Shown here in pieces: positions 11,900 through 24,999 of a DNA stretch of 64,000 nucleotides (its first letter is position 1; each line of letters begins with the position of its first letter). The position numbers and the translations under genes were made by a program. Origin of the DNA: the human T2T-CHM13v2.0 reference genome, Homo sapiens; assembly GCF_009914755.1 (NCBI RefSeq), contig NC_060934.1, one strand, 5' to 3'. The notes under the pieces were generated by a model. That model searched no databases, was not told where the DNA came from, and saw nothing but the letters and a program-made list of their open reading frames with translations.

Positions 11900-14800
11900 A
11901 ACTTTATCTTTTTTGTCACTCCGCTGCTGGCTCCGAGCTGTGGGCACAAGGACTCGCCTACCGGGCAGGGTCTCCACCTCGGCCTGCTGCGGAGCGGCCT
12001 GGGAGGGTACCCCCTGGTCCCCCACCCCATCCCACCCTCAGATTTTCGACTTGATGGGGCAGGAGCAGCAGCAGAGGGGAGCAAGGGACACCGCAGCCAG
12101 GCCAGGGATGGGGAAGGGGGCTGCAGGCCAAATCCCAAGTGTCCTGAGTAACGCTGGGAGCGCGTCCCGGCGCTTGGCCACCTCCCGAGGGAGCCCTGCC
12201 CCCACCCCTCGCCCTTTCTGGGGAAGGCGGGGCGCTGGGTACCCAGGAGAAGGGAGACGAGGAGAAACAGGCTGCTACTTTGGAAGTTTTGCAGGCCCAC
12301 GGCGGCCGCAGGTCTAACCTCGGTGCACAGAGCGCTCCCAGGGGCCAGACCGGCGTCCGGGGGCCGGACTGGGCGGAGCCTGACCTTTGCCGGGGACCCC
12401 GCGGGCCGCGACGGCTGCGGCGACCGCTCAGGGCCCCGCGCCCAACGCGATTTGCACGGGTGGCCCTCGAGCTGCCGCCGCCGCCTCCTCCTCGGAGGGT
12501 GGGAAGTATTCCTTTTGTGCGGATTTACGGGGAGAGGCTTCAATGAGCCCCCTCACATTTGCATTTAAATAGCGGCATCAAGCGCTTCGCGTGCCACACA
12601 CCAGTGGGCTCCCAGATGTCAAGCCGGAGTCAGTCAGATGGCCAGTGCCCAGCTGTCCTCCCCATGTCGTGCCGGAGCAGGCAGTGACCTTAAAGAGACA
12701 GCGCCCGCCGCCCCTGGCGCCCGGCTCTGGGAGCGGCGTGCCGGGCGCAGGGCAGAAGGCCCTGGCGGCGCTTGGGCCACTGATCCGTGGCACCATCAAA
12801 AAACCTGGCTGAAGTCTAGCGGGGGCTCTAACCTCCCAGGAGCCGCACCTAGGCTCACCCTGGCCTCCTTGCCCAGCCACTCAGTGCCCGAGCCACCGCG
12901 CGTGCCAGCGTCCTCCGCCGGTACCCACTACCCACCCGTGAAGGGGGCTGTTCGGCGCGCGTAGAGAGGAAACTTTCCCCTTACCCCTCCTCAGTCTCAG
13001 ATCCTCCACTGGTGCCTGGTGCAAGGCCCAGAGACGGGGACCTGGGCTGGTACCGGACTCCAAGCCACCCCCACCCAGAAACTTCGGCCAAGTTGGAATC
13101 CCAGGGCGCGAGGCCTGCCGCGGTGTCTGCACGGGCCCAGGGCCCAGCGCCCAGGGCACCGGGCGAATGCCCCCTTCTTGATCGAGGCTTAGCCCAGGGC
13201 ACCCGCCTACCTCCCTAACATCCTTCCAAAGAGTAATAAACTGCATTTCCGGCGTTGAGAAGCCTGGGCCGAGAGTTCCTGGAGGCCAAGTCCCCTGGAG
13301 TATCAGGGGGTGCGCGGGCTCGACCCGACGCCGCACCATCGGAGGGCCCATGGCCACAGGCCCAAGCTGCCTGGCCATGTCACTTGGAGCCTTCGGGAAA
13401 GGGTGAAAGCCAATGCACGAAAAGCCGCCAGTTCGTGTGCCCGCCGCCAGTGCTGAGCTGCAGGCGCGGCCCGCCCCAACGTCCTCCGCGCCCGGGGGTC
13501 ACGCTCAGACCGTGCCGGCCTCCGGGCCTCTAGCCCTGCTCAAGCCTGGGGTCAGAATCGGGCGCCAAGCACAGGCAGGGGCCGGGGAAAGAACAGGAAA
13601 AGAGAGAGCCAAACTGACCCTGGGCCCCAGTGGGAAGGAGGTCAGAGGGGCCAGGAGAGACGCACCTAGAAAATCCCGGGAACTGCGGGATAGGGTGGAA
13701 ACAGCACGCACTGGCAAAGCCTGCCCACCACGGGTGGTGACGCGGCCTCTGAGAGCGCTCCAAGTTCGTCTTGCGCCACGGGGTCACGCTCGTCCGTGGG
13801 CCGGGGAAAACCGAGAAGTAAGGGCCATCCCAACCTCAGTCGCGCACAAAGGGAGCCCGGCCAGGTTTGGGTGGGTTACTCAGGACCAGAGAGGGCGCCT
13901 TCGCCCTCTCGGCGCGGAGATGCTAGCCGCGGGGGCCTCAGGCGGCATCTGGCGGCAGAGCCCAAGACAGGCCGCGCACCCCGCCTGCCCTCTGAGGCAA
14001 GTTACTGGGCAACTCCCCCTGGCACATGGGGCAAACCAACGGGCGCCTCCTCCCTGCGCTGGAGGAAGGATGCCCTGTTGGGTTCACGGGTAAAAAGCAA
14101 AAACTGAAGGGTCCCAGACCCCTGTTCTCTGCATTGCCTCCTCCCTCTAATATTTATTCTGTACGGCTAAGATTGCTGAAGCCCGACCCCCAGTACCAGG
14201 GAAGGCTCAGCTTCCAAGTGAGAACGTGCAGGCGCCTCCTGCCAAGGCGGCCAAGTTTGACAAACAGCGCCTCCTGGGGTGGGGAGAGTGGAGTGCCGCT
14301 GCGCAGCCGGGAGCCGGGAGCAGAACAGCCTGGGCTCCCACCCACCCCGGGGCAGGTGTCCGCCCCGGGTCCTGCCGGCCCCAGCAGCTGGGCCCCGGCT
14401 CCTGCGCGACCGGAGCACCTAGTCCTAGCTGACGCCGTGACCCCAGGGGCGCGCGGAAACCGCCACACGCCGCCTAGTCCTAATTGCCGCCCACCTGCGT
14501 GAGCAAGGGTCGGACCAAGCCCGGCACTGGGCAGAAGGCCTAGGTACCAAGCGCCATGCGAACGTCCTTGCTGGAGAGAAACCTGCGCTCTAAGTGCCCG
14601 GCCCCGCAGCGGGGCGACGGACCTGACCTGGAACTCGCTCAACCTTCTCCCTGGAAAACCATGGGCGCTCCAAGCGGGGCGAAAACGCCGGGGTGTGCCT
14701 CGGCTCCTGCAGCGTGCTAAATTATAAGGGAAACAGTTAATTATTGTTTCCTTTTCCTAACTTTTCTCGGATTCCTTCGGTCACTTTGGCCGACCCCACG

Positions 14801-15170
14801 AGTCAGCTCTGGGGGCTCTTCTACTTGAGCGAAACCCCCAAATCAAACACTGGCGAACTTGGGCTTCTCCCAACGCACCCGGCAACCCGAAAGGTTGCCT
14901 GTCTGTAAAGATACTCCGGAGGAGCAGCCGAGCTGGAAAAGACAGCTGGTGCGTGGCGACGTCCCTCGGACCCTAAAAGGCCCATCGGTTTAGCAACGAG
15001 CTGGGATTTCTCGAGCTGCGTTCGGCGGCGCCCGGAAAATCAGTCCTGCTGGATGCGCCCGAGCGGGCGCGGGAGACGCCGATTCCGCGCCGGCCCGCCC
15101 CCGCCAGTTTACAAAGCAAACTTTCCCCAGAGAAGTTCCGAGATCGAACCACGCGCAAAGTGCGCCAATC
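11900..15170. promoter_or_regulatory. Upstream CpG island domain
   Basis: GC/CpG-rich unique sequence. Confidence 0.75.
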
Positions 15171-15689
15171 AACACCTAAACAGACCCAAACTGTACAAAC
15201 ACGGATCGATCAGATAATTTCAAATATTATAATTGGCTTTAATTAAACACACTGCGTTCTAATTAACTCTGAAATTTTAGCATGCTTTGGGACACTGGTG
15301 TCTGATTTGATATTGTCAGTCCAGATGTCCTAATAAAATTCAATCCTCCACTCAAGACTTCAATATTCACCAAGAACAAAATGCAAATTAAATGTAAAAC
15401 CTAAAGTATTGCCAAAGGTATAATCAAGAAAGGTGTCTCAAAACTTCTCACTTTTTATTACGCAGTAGTTTAAAAATGCAGATTACATCCTAACAAGACC
15501 TCTCCAGCATACCATAAATCTTAACTCTTTCATGGACGGGTGTGGAGTGCGATGCCACTGGCTTGAAGGGAAAGGAGGGGGCGGCCAGACCTCATAACAA
15601 AATTAAATACCCTCTTCTGGAAGCTAACCGCGCACAAAAGTTTGCCAATAAAATTCTAGTTTGAAACCGCGGTTTGCCAACACGAGTAA

Positions 15690-18600
15690 AGGAAGTTGGG
15701 GTGGTGGAGAGCTACAGTGGGCACGGACGGAAAGGGTGGCCACGGTCACCGATGTACTAATGTCCTCCTCCTCGGCTACCCGATCTCACTCCTTCACAGC
15801 ACCTTAACAGAGTGTATACACCCGTTCTGGTGCGCAAAAGTGGGGCGATGGGTGCCGGCGGCCGGGCCGGGGAGTCCGTCCGGGTAATTAACTCAGCTCC
15901 GGCGACTGCGACGATGAGGCCGGGAGGGAAGGAAGAGCATACCGCTCTTGGACAGAAATGTGTCAAGCTCTCCTCCCTTCCAGCCTGCATAAACCCTTTC
16001 GCGCACATTCGCGCGACTTCTAAGGGATCCAAGCCAGCGGACTGGGTCCAGCAGCGCGCGGCGGCGGGACGCACCCCTCCTCTCCCCCCAGGAAGGCGGG
16101 TGCACGCCGGGGCTGGAAGGGGGAGGGTGCACCTCTGGCTACAAATTCGGCCGCGAAGAGATTCTTTACCAACTCTAAGGGTTTGCTGAATGTACAGACC
16201 AGAATGAGTCCCGTTAAAAGGAAGCTATTCCCACATTAAACATGTGTGTTTTCCATACTAATGGAGTCACTTAAAGCTGTTGCTAATTTAACTTTTTAAA
16301 AAGGCCACACTGTGGAAATTTGCATTTTCTTTAGGACATTGAAATGAAGAGAAAACTGCTGGGCGGCAAGGCGGCCCAGGGCATAGCTAGGGGCCATGTA
16401 GAAATAAAAACAGATAAAGAAAAGAAGAAAGAAAGAAACCGGCTTCTCTTCTAGACTATTAATAAGCAATTTGTCCCGCTGAAATTTACATTGCAAAGCG
16501 GAGGGCGCCGGCAGCCGTGGCGGCGGGCCTGGCGCGGGCTCCGGGGGTGCGTCGGCGCGGGGGCGGGGGGGGTCCTCCGGCCATCCGGGCCGCCCTCGGG
16601 GGCGATCCACCGGCGGCTTTGAACTCGGTGTCCTTGCCGCCGTGCCGCCGACCCTCGCCCGCACACGCGCGCATCTGCACGCCAGGGCCCCGCCTGGGCT
16701 GCGCACCCGGAGGCCGGGACTGGCGCTGCGCTAGCGCCACCCGGGCTGAGCTGCAGCCTTTTGTGGGGGGGGCGGGAATCCCTCCGCTCCCAGTGACGCC
16801 TTGGACTCGCGGACCCCCATCCGCCCCAAACGACTGCCCAGGCCTTAAATTAAAAATGGCAACAATAAGCTTAATTTTTTTTTCCTCCTTAGCCGCGCCG
16901 CCCCGGTCCAAGTCTACCGCAAGCGTGGAGCCCCGAGCGCCGCGCCCCCGCCGGCTCTCCCGCCCGCGCGCCGCCCGACGGAGCCGCGGATCCCGGGCCT
17001 AGCGTGGGGCCAGGGCGCCATCTACGGGCGCCGCGCGGCTCCGGGCGGCCGCCGCCTCCTCCCTCTCAGCGTCCAGAGCCCGCTCCTCCTCCCGCCGCCG
17101 CCGCCCTCGCCCCGCGCCGCCTGCCACTTATCACAATTACCCGACGCTCCCGTGCCATTTTGCTTATGAAACACTGATTGCTAGTTATGCGGACTTTTAA
17201 GCACTATATTAAAACTTTCGAAATGAAGGCGCTCTCCTGCCTGCGATTTTTAGGTACAAGATTAAAAGATATGAAATGTAAAGATAATGCAATTTGATTT
17301 GTTAGTCTAACTCTGCGATTTGAGACTTGATGTCCCCAAAGACCAGGCGAGCTTTTCCCCTTTATTTATTTTTATTAAAACATCAATCTACGCTGGAGCT
17401 GGGTGAACTCGGTTTCACCTGGAGAACATAAAATTCTCCATACCAGAGAAATAAGCACCTTTCATAAATCAATGGTATTCCTGACACATGGATCAATTTT
17501 TGGTTGTTAATCCGAAAGGAGGAGTTTTAATTGCTTCCTGCGTTGTCGTCCAGGCATCTAGGCGCTTCGACCTTCCCCATCCCTCTCTCCAAGGGTCTGG
17601 CGTTTGTACTGGGGGAAGACGGAGAGTGAAAAACGCGGGGTCCTTCAGCTAAATCCTCGGAACCCCGGATCTTCGCCCGTGCCGGTACGCGCCTCCCCCG
17701 CGCCGAGAATCCCTGGCACGCGATCGCCTCCCCGCAGGCCCGCCGGGAAGGCCGCGAGCAGAGGCCAACGGAGGCCTCCCAGGCAGTGCTCGCCAGGAAC
17801 CAAGACGCTGCCAGGGCGCGGCGCAAAAGTTCACTGCGAGGCCAGGCCTGGGCGCAGCTCATGGTCAGGGGCTCCTGCCTCCACAGTCCCACCCCGCGCC
17901 TCCGCCGCAGCCCCGCCCGCGCTCCCGTAGGCGAGAGGAGCGCACCCGGCTCCGGGGCCCCGGCAACCCGGCCCCCAGCGTTCAGTGTCCGGCCCGCCAC
18001 GCGCGAAGTTCAACTTTGCTGGCGCCGCGGCCGCCTGGGGGCCGCGGGCTGGGGCGGGGAGCCCCCGACGGGATCGAGAGCGCGCTTACCTGTGCCGCTC
18101 ACTCGACGGACATCGCGGGCGCCCCGGCCGCGAGGTGTCGGCGGCGCCGGCTGCGGGCCGGGAGGTGGGCGGCCCCGCGCCTTCCCACGTTCCCACCTCC
18201 CGCCCTCCCGGGAGAGCCCACGGGCCCGGCCGCGAGCACGCCAGTGCGCACGCGCCACACTGCCTTCCACCGCGGGCGGCGGGCTAGGGCCGAGCGGGGG
18301 CGCGTGGAGGTGCCCGTAGGCGGCCCAGCGGCCCGCCTGCCACCGTGCCCCGGGGCCGCAGCTGCGCCCAGCGCTAGCCACCTGGAGGAGAGGCCTCCTG
18401 GGCCACGCGCGGGGCTCCTCCGCGGGGAGGCCCCCTTGCAAGGACCTGAGCCCCTCTCTTTCGTCGGGGGCCCGAGGGTATTCGTGCGCCTCCTTGGCCA
18501 AAAGAGTGCGCCAGGCCTGGAGTGGGGCACCGCTGCTGTGGACACCACTTCGCAGGGCATCTGGAAACGGGTCCCAGGCCCTGGGCGGCTTGAAGCCGTC

Positions 18601-18700
18601 TGTGTGGATGAGCGCACACTCCCGTGGGCAGGAGATGGCTGGGGTTCTCCCGGTCCTTTTTGGTAAAGTGGATGAGAGGACATCTTCCTGGATACGGATA
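15690..18700. promoter_or_regulatory. Distal CpG island cluster (candidate distal promoter), interrupted by AT-rich blocks
   Basis: Dense CpG at ~15.7-16.2, 16.5-17.15 and 17.55-18.7 kb; minus-strand splice donor at 18090. Confidence 0.75.
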
Positions 18701-19679
18701 ACTTAATGCAAAGTACTCTACTGGGCCCCGTGACGGCTAAAATGAAATGGGAAGAGGCAAGAGATCGCCCACGAAAACAGAGAAAGCCCGGGGTTCTCCA
18801 ATAAAGCCACGCTATGGAAGAAAAAACAAAAACAAAAACAAAAAAACGCCTGGATGGCTCCTAGATGAGCTTTGCGTTTAGAGCAATCTCAGTGAAGGAG
18901 GGCTTCGGCCGCCCTTCAGAGGCCAGGCAAGCCTGACCACTCCACTCCCATTTTTGATGTCACCCAGCAAATGACCAGAGGTGTAACTTTTCTCATAAGT
19001 ATCTGGAGCTGCTGCTCTGGAAAAGAAAAGGGGTCAGGCGGGGGTGTGACCTGCATCCCCAACCTGATGGCCGCCCTGGGCTTGGGAGGGGCTGATTAGC
19101 CCAGACCCTGGCTCCGGGCCCTGGGCCCCTACCCAGGGCTGCTGCGCTTTTTCTAATTTGCCTCTTCCGGGAGAACCTGGGACTCCTGGAAGATCCTACT
19201 AATTCCTATCCATCTGCTTCTTCCAAACCTAAGTGTGATGTAGATACCTGAATAAAGACAACTTTCTTATTGCCGAGATTTGTCTGAAACAGAAAGCACT
19301 TTTGTGGGAATGTGGGCCTCACCCTCCTGTATCCATCGCTTTTTCTCGCCTGTTTCTTGCTCCCAGGCTTGTTTCGTGCTCTTCACTTTAAGCTTTTATA
19401 GTGAACGTTGAGTGTGCCGAATCATGAAATCTTACTGGAAGGGAAAGTTATTTTTGGCCATTTATTTAGCAAAAGGCACTCTAGAGAATGCAACCCAGAA
19501 ATGTACTTTATTATGATCACTTAATGTAAGAAAAGAACTAAATAACGAATATTTCCCCTTTGTCATCTTCACTTGGGAATCATTTTTAATGTGAGCCAGC
19601 ATGAAACCATTTAAGCAATATGCAATATTTTAAGATATAAAATTACCCATGTTTTTAATAGCAACTAACATGTATTGAA

Positions 19680-19800
19680 TGTTATGTGTCAGGCCCAAGC
19701 TCAGAAAAGTTAAGGGGCATGTTCTTGTCACACTGCTAGGAAGCTGGGACTCCAACCCCATTGTGGGACTTCAGAGCTCTGGTCATGTGGTTCTGTCACT
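19680..19800 (+). mobile_element. MIR fragment
   Basis: Degenerate MIR core (aagctcagaaaagttaag...gtcacac...gctgggactccaaccc). Confidence 0.55.
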
Positions 19801-22800
19801 TGTGGCTTCAGAGGCAAAGGGAAGGGTTTGGGGAGGGCCACCATTCAGTGCCACACACAAAGACTCACAAGTGGCCTTTGCTCAGTCTGTTTGACCAGTT
19901 GAGGTAAAATGCTGTGGACGAGGCAAGAAAACAGTTCAATCCCTCTAATAACGACTTGGTGACTCCCTTCCTTCTCCAGCCCAACCACCGCCCCCCCCCA
20001 CCAACCAAACACACACACCACCCTGCTTTCTGCTCCTCTCCTTGCCCCCTCTCTCCAAGGCTGCAGTCTCAGGATCTCTTTCCTCTAAACAGGCCCCTGG
20101 GCACACCGCGTTGCCCACTCAGTTCTCTTCTGGAGCCGCTCCTAGAGAATGTGGCCCAAGCCTTACCCTAGGTGGGTCCTCAAGACATAATTTTGCGGGA
20201 ATGAGGAATGAATGGAGAGCCATTGGCCAGGTAGACAATGACTCCTGATCTCAGGGGTCTGGAGAGGAATGGCATTGGTCACATGGGTGCATCGCAGGGA
20301 ACCTCGGCCTATTGACAGGAGACCCAAGGCCTTGTCTTCACAGACAAGAAACAGCACAGAGGTAGCTGTGAATGTAACGAGAAATCACGGCTTTCTCTGC
20401 CCCTCACTTACTCCTTCCACGCAGTGGAGACATCCCCCTCCCCACCTTCTTTCCCCATTGGATATTCACTTAGGCTGAGTCAGGTCCTTGGAGCCCAAGT
20501 CCTGAGTAAGGCCCTGCCCTCATGGAGCTTACTGTTTGGCATAAGAACAAATCCCCCTTACAGGTGAGACAGGTGAAAGGAAGAGGAAGCAGCTTTGGTG
20601 ACGTTTGCATTGGGAGAGGCTTAGACAGATCTGACAGGTTAAGCTCAATTCTCTCAGGCATATAAAAATCGATGTCCATTTCATCTGTCGCTGTCCACCT
20701 ATGTATGCTTTGTCACTGGCCACTGTACCTAGAAATGTACATTCACAAACATCAATAATCAAATCTGTTTCAATATTTACTTTTATCTCTTTTTTTTCAT
20801 AGCAAGCAAGGTGTCTTGTAGCCACCACTAACCAGCTCGCATATTCAGTACGAGCCCAGGTGGCGACTCAGAGCCCAGCAACAGTGCACACCAATCCAAG
20901 GGGGCAGAGGCCTGGAGGACCCCTGCACAGAAACTTGCCAAGGGTGAAATGCAGTCACCTGCCCCAGAAGTCAGAACGTAATCATGGGTACTTTCAGAGG
21001 ACAGATACTGAAACTGTCATTATCTGTTCTACTTGCAGGCGGCATGGTGCCTCTCGTTCTGATGTTAAACGTGTCCACCGTGGATCTTCCCTGCAGGAAT
21101 GGAACACCTGGAGGTCAGGACCCACCTGCTCTCTTCATCTGGTTTACTCAGTTACAGAGCCAGGCACAATGTGGGGGCTCCGTAAAGATGTGTGCAACTG
21201 ATAAATATGCAATTCAGTTCTTAAAACTTTGTATTATGGAAAATTGCAAACACACACAAAAGTTGATAGATCGCAAATCTCCATGTACCCCTCCTCCACC
21301 TTCAACCATTCTCAACATTTTGCTGTCTTATTCCTTCCACCATTCTTTCCTCATCATCTGTTTTCTTAGAAACTACATTTGTATATTTACAGGATCAAAA
21401 GCTGTAGATGAAAATGCACATTCCTCGAGTCCAGCATTCGGCCCCAAACTCTCTTTTCCACCTTAACTCGCACATTCCACACTAGTCCAGGCAGGTCCTG
21501 CCGGCCCCGTGACCAGCTTCCTGCTGCCTGCATGAGTGCTGGGCTCTCTTCCCTTGGCTTCTGGAAACTCTAGCCTTGGTCCTTAGTCCAGGGAAGCCCC
21601 TTTCCATTTTGACTGGACTTCCTGACACCATAATCACTGGCCAAAGGCCTGCCCCGGGTAGACAGGACATCCCAGGCACTTCCTGTGCTAGCTGCCTGTG
21701 GAAATGTGGTTCCAGCTGTGCAGAGCTAACCCTGGGAAGCAAAAGCACACATCAAAGCTGGCGGAACAGCCCAGCATGGGACAGGGGCCCGAGGAATCTG
21801 CACAGCACAACCGTAACCCCAAGTTCCCCAAGGTGGGACCGCCCATCCAAAAAGTGTGTGCTATAATGGTGGACAGGACAGGACATAAACATGCCTTTTT
21901 CTAAGAATAAAATTGTGTGCAACTGATATGCGTTGTTTGTAACTAAAAATAATTCAAGAGAGATATCTCACACTGAAGGAAGCTTCATATTGCTTCTGTG
22001 ATTGAGAATACTTTGCAGAATCTACTTGGTAAAGACACTGAGATTCTCAAGATAGGAAACAAACAGGTTATCTAGTATTAATTATGCAGTGACTAGGTGG
22101 AGATGCTAGTGTCCCAGCCCTCCTCCCTGAGGCACTAAGAATGAAGAGAGAGAACAGGTCACCACCATGACCAAACGAAAGCGACTTCGGTTCTTCTGGC
22201 GAGGAGGTTGATTTTTCAGAGAAAGGTGTCAGGGTAGACAGGAACTCTACTAGAACAGTAGTCACCTCCCCCATCAGCTGTCCTGGATCCCCAACACCGA
22301 CTCCTGCGGCTCTGAGGCCAATGTAAATGTGGTTGTGAGGTGAGAGGTCACATATCAGGTGACAGAGAGTTGAGAAAGAATGGGGCAGCTGCCCTCCCAG
22401 GAACTTCGCAAGCCCAAGCTGCAGAACTTACTCACCAGCCATGGAGTCCTATCCATAGAAGACAGGATCCATGTGAGCACAGCAACCAGAAACCCTGTGG
22501 TTCTGTTAAAAATATTTCTGATGCATTCATTCAATCTGTTTTTGTATATCCATTAAGAGTATTCCCTCAACTTGAAATTGTATATATTTGTACCATGAAT
22601 TGTACTACTCAGGAGGAAGTCATTTTTATAAAATGTCAATAATATATTCCTTGCATTTAATTTTGAAATGATCAGAAGAGATGCATAATGACTTCTCTCC
22701 AGCCCTGTGGGCCACATCTCTGATCCAGTGCTCCAGGTGAGAGGTGGCACAGATGCTGACCTCTAGAAGCCCACGTAGTTTTGGCCATTGCTCAGCCAGT

Positions 22801-22819
22801 GGTGATGGGACAGCACCAC

Positions 22820-23425
22820 TGTTGGACAGAATTCAAAAGATGCCCCCAAGATTCCTGTCCCCTCTTATTTGATCAAACACTAATAGAGGTTCTGCTGGGA
22901 AGGGACTTTATAGCTGGAATTAAAGTTAATAATCAACTGACCTTAAAATAGGGAGATTATCCTGGATTATTTGGGTGGGCCCAGTGTACTTTCACGAGCC
23001 CTTGAAAGCAGCAAGGGAACAGAAGAGTCAGCAAGGTGTACGAGAAAAGGAAGTCAGAGAGATCCAAGTGTGACAGCCACTCAGACTGCCGTGGCTGGAG
23101 CGGACCACAGGGAGAGCATGAGACTGACTTCAGGCACCCTCTAGGAGCCAAGATCAGTCCCAGCCGACAGTGGACAAGGACCTCGGTCCTACAACCACGA
23201 GTACCTGAATTTAGCCAGCAATTTGAATGAGCTTGCATAAGGACCCCAAGCTCCAGATGAGACACCGTCCAGGCTGACAGCATGATTTCAGCCTTGCTAG
23301 ACCCTGAATAGGGCACCAGCCACACTTGCTGCACTTCCGATCTACAGAACTGTGGGAGCGTAAGTGAGTGTTGCTTCAAGCTGTGCAGTGAGTGGTAATT
23401 TGTTACAGAAAAAACAGACAATGAA
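22820..23425 (+). mobile_element. MaLR solo LTR (MLT1D/E-like)
   Basis: gaccttaaaatagggagattatcctggattat...gggcccagtgta; 3' end ggtaatttgttacag. Confidence 0.8.
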
Positions 23426-23499
23426 TACATCCACCTTTGATGCCGGCCAGTGGATGAGCATCACTTACATTAGTCAGTTGTCATCTTGACATCACTTAT

Positions 23500-23870
23500 G
23501 TCAGTCAGTTGTCGTCATGGTAATGCTGTGAAAAGACCTTCCTCAAATGCACTGGCTTAAACAAGAGCCATGCTCTCTCACCCATGCCCATGCAAGTTGG
23601 CCTCTGCTGATCTTGGTGGGCTGGTTGAGTCCAGACAGGCATGGCTCTGTGGAGGTCTGCTCCATGTCTCACATATTCTGAGACCAGCTGGCTACCCAGG
23701 GTAGGTGCCTCTCACTGCAATGGCAATAGTCCAGGGGATAAGACCAACCGTGCAAGTATACTCAAGACTCCACTCACATCCCATTGACCCAAGAAGGCAG
23801 GTGGCCAAGCTAAAGTCCATGACAAGGGGCATAGATATAGGAGGGTGAGTGGCTGAGCCAGTAGCTGGCA
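23500..23870 (-). mobile_element. Old MaLR LTR fragment (MLT1 family)
   Basis: Degenerate tggcttaaacaa...cacatcccattgacccaag...ggccaagc pattern. Confidence 0.5.
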
Positions 23871-24999
23871 GAAGAGTCTGAGAAGGCTGCATGGGCCTCC
23901 AAACCCCTTGGTGCTGGAGCCCTGAGAAAGAGAGGCATGTTCTCCTGAGTCCTGAGCTCTTCTGAGAAGTCCCCCAACCACACTCTTCTGAACCATGCAA
24001 ACCCCTCGCAGCACCCTCAGAGCCAGTCTGGCCTTCAGAGGGGCCAGTCACACCAGATGTGGCTTGATCTCCAGAGGTGGTGAAGGGCAGTGGCCAGGAA
24101 GAAGGAGCTCATGGCAATTCATCCCTCATCCATCCCTCCTGCTGGATAGAGAGCAGCTCTGGACAGGCCCTGTGTGTCCTGTTTGTATTTACTCCCTCCC
24201 ACTCCCAGCACTTGACAGTCTTCCATTCACATACCTTCAATCCAGCATGCCTGCTTGCCATAAATGTCCCAGGGAGAGTTTGGTGTGATTGGCTCACATG
24301 ACCATCCGGGAACTAAGTGTGGCGGCCTCAGGAGGATGGGCTTCTTTGATAGGCCGGCATCTGTCCTGGACTGGCTGGTGAGGAGTGATCCCCAGAGGAA
24401 AGGAAGTGGGGCAATGAGATGCACCCACCTCAGCAACTCACCGAGGGGCTTAGAAAAGCTGTTCTCCCTCCGCGTGTCTTTTCTTATTTGTAAAATGGAA
24501 GGTTTCACCCCTCAGTGAGTCATGTGGTTCCTATCAATGCTAAAATTTCATTATTTAATTATGGCTATAGCAGCCACTACAGGGGTTTCTTTAGTTGTAT
24601 TTGTGGGACAGATGCTCTCCTTGCATCCTAATGTGCCCGGGTCCCTCCACGGAGCGTGAGTGGAAGTTCCACGGAGCGTGAGTGGAAGTTCCATGTGTCC
24701 CCTCTGGGTTGGGCTCTGAGACAAGGCATGCCTTCTCCACCCACTCTTTCTCTTTCCCTTAGCTGGAAGCTGAGGTCTCAAAAGCCCAATGCCCAGGGGA
24801 CATCAGAGTCCCAGATGGAATAAACTGGGACCCCTTGGTCACTACGTGGAGGAATGTTGCCCAATGAGCAGACTGTCAGTGGACTGTTATGTGAGTGAGC
24901 AGTAAACTTCTGTTTCTAGCCACTGAAATTTTGCAGATTATTTGTTTATAACAACTCATGAGATGCTCATGGTGACCCGGTTTAAGTGGCCTAAAGAAG

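Noticed and set aside
23459-23520. ~31-bp degenerate tandem duplication
   Set aside because: Old slippage at an LTR edge with no functional hint.
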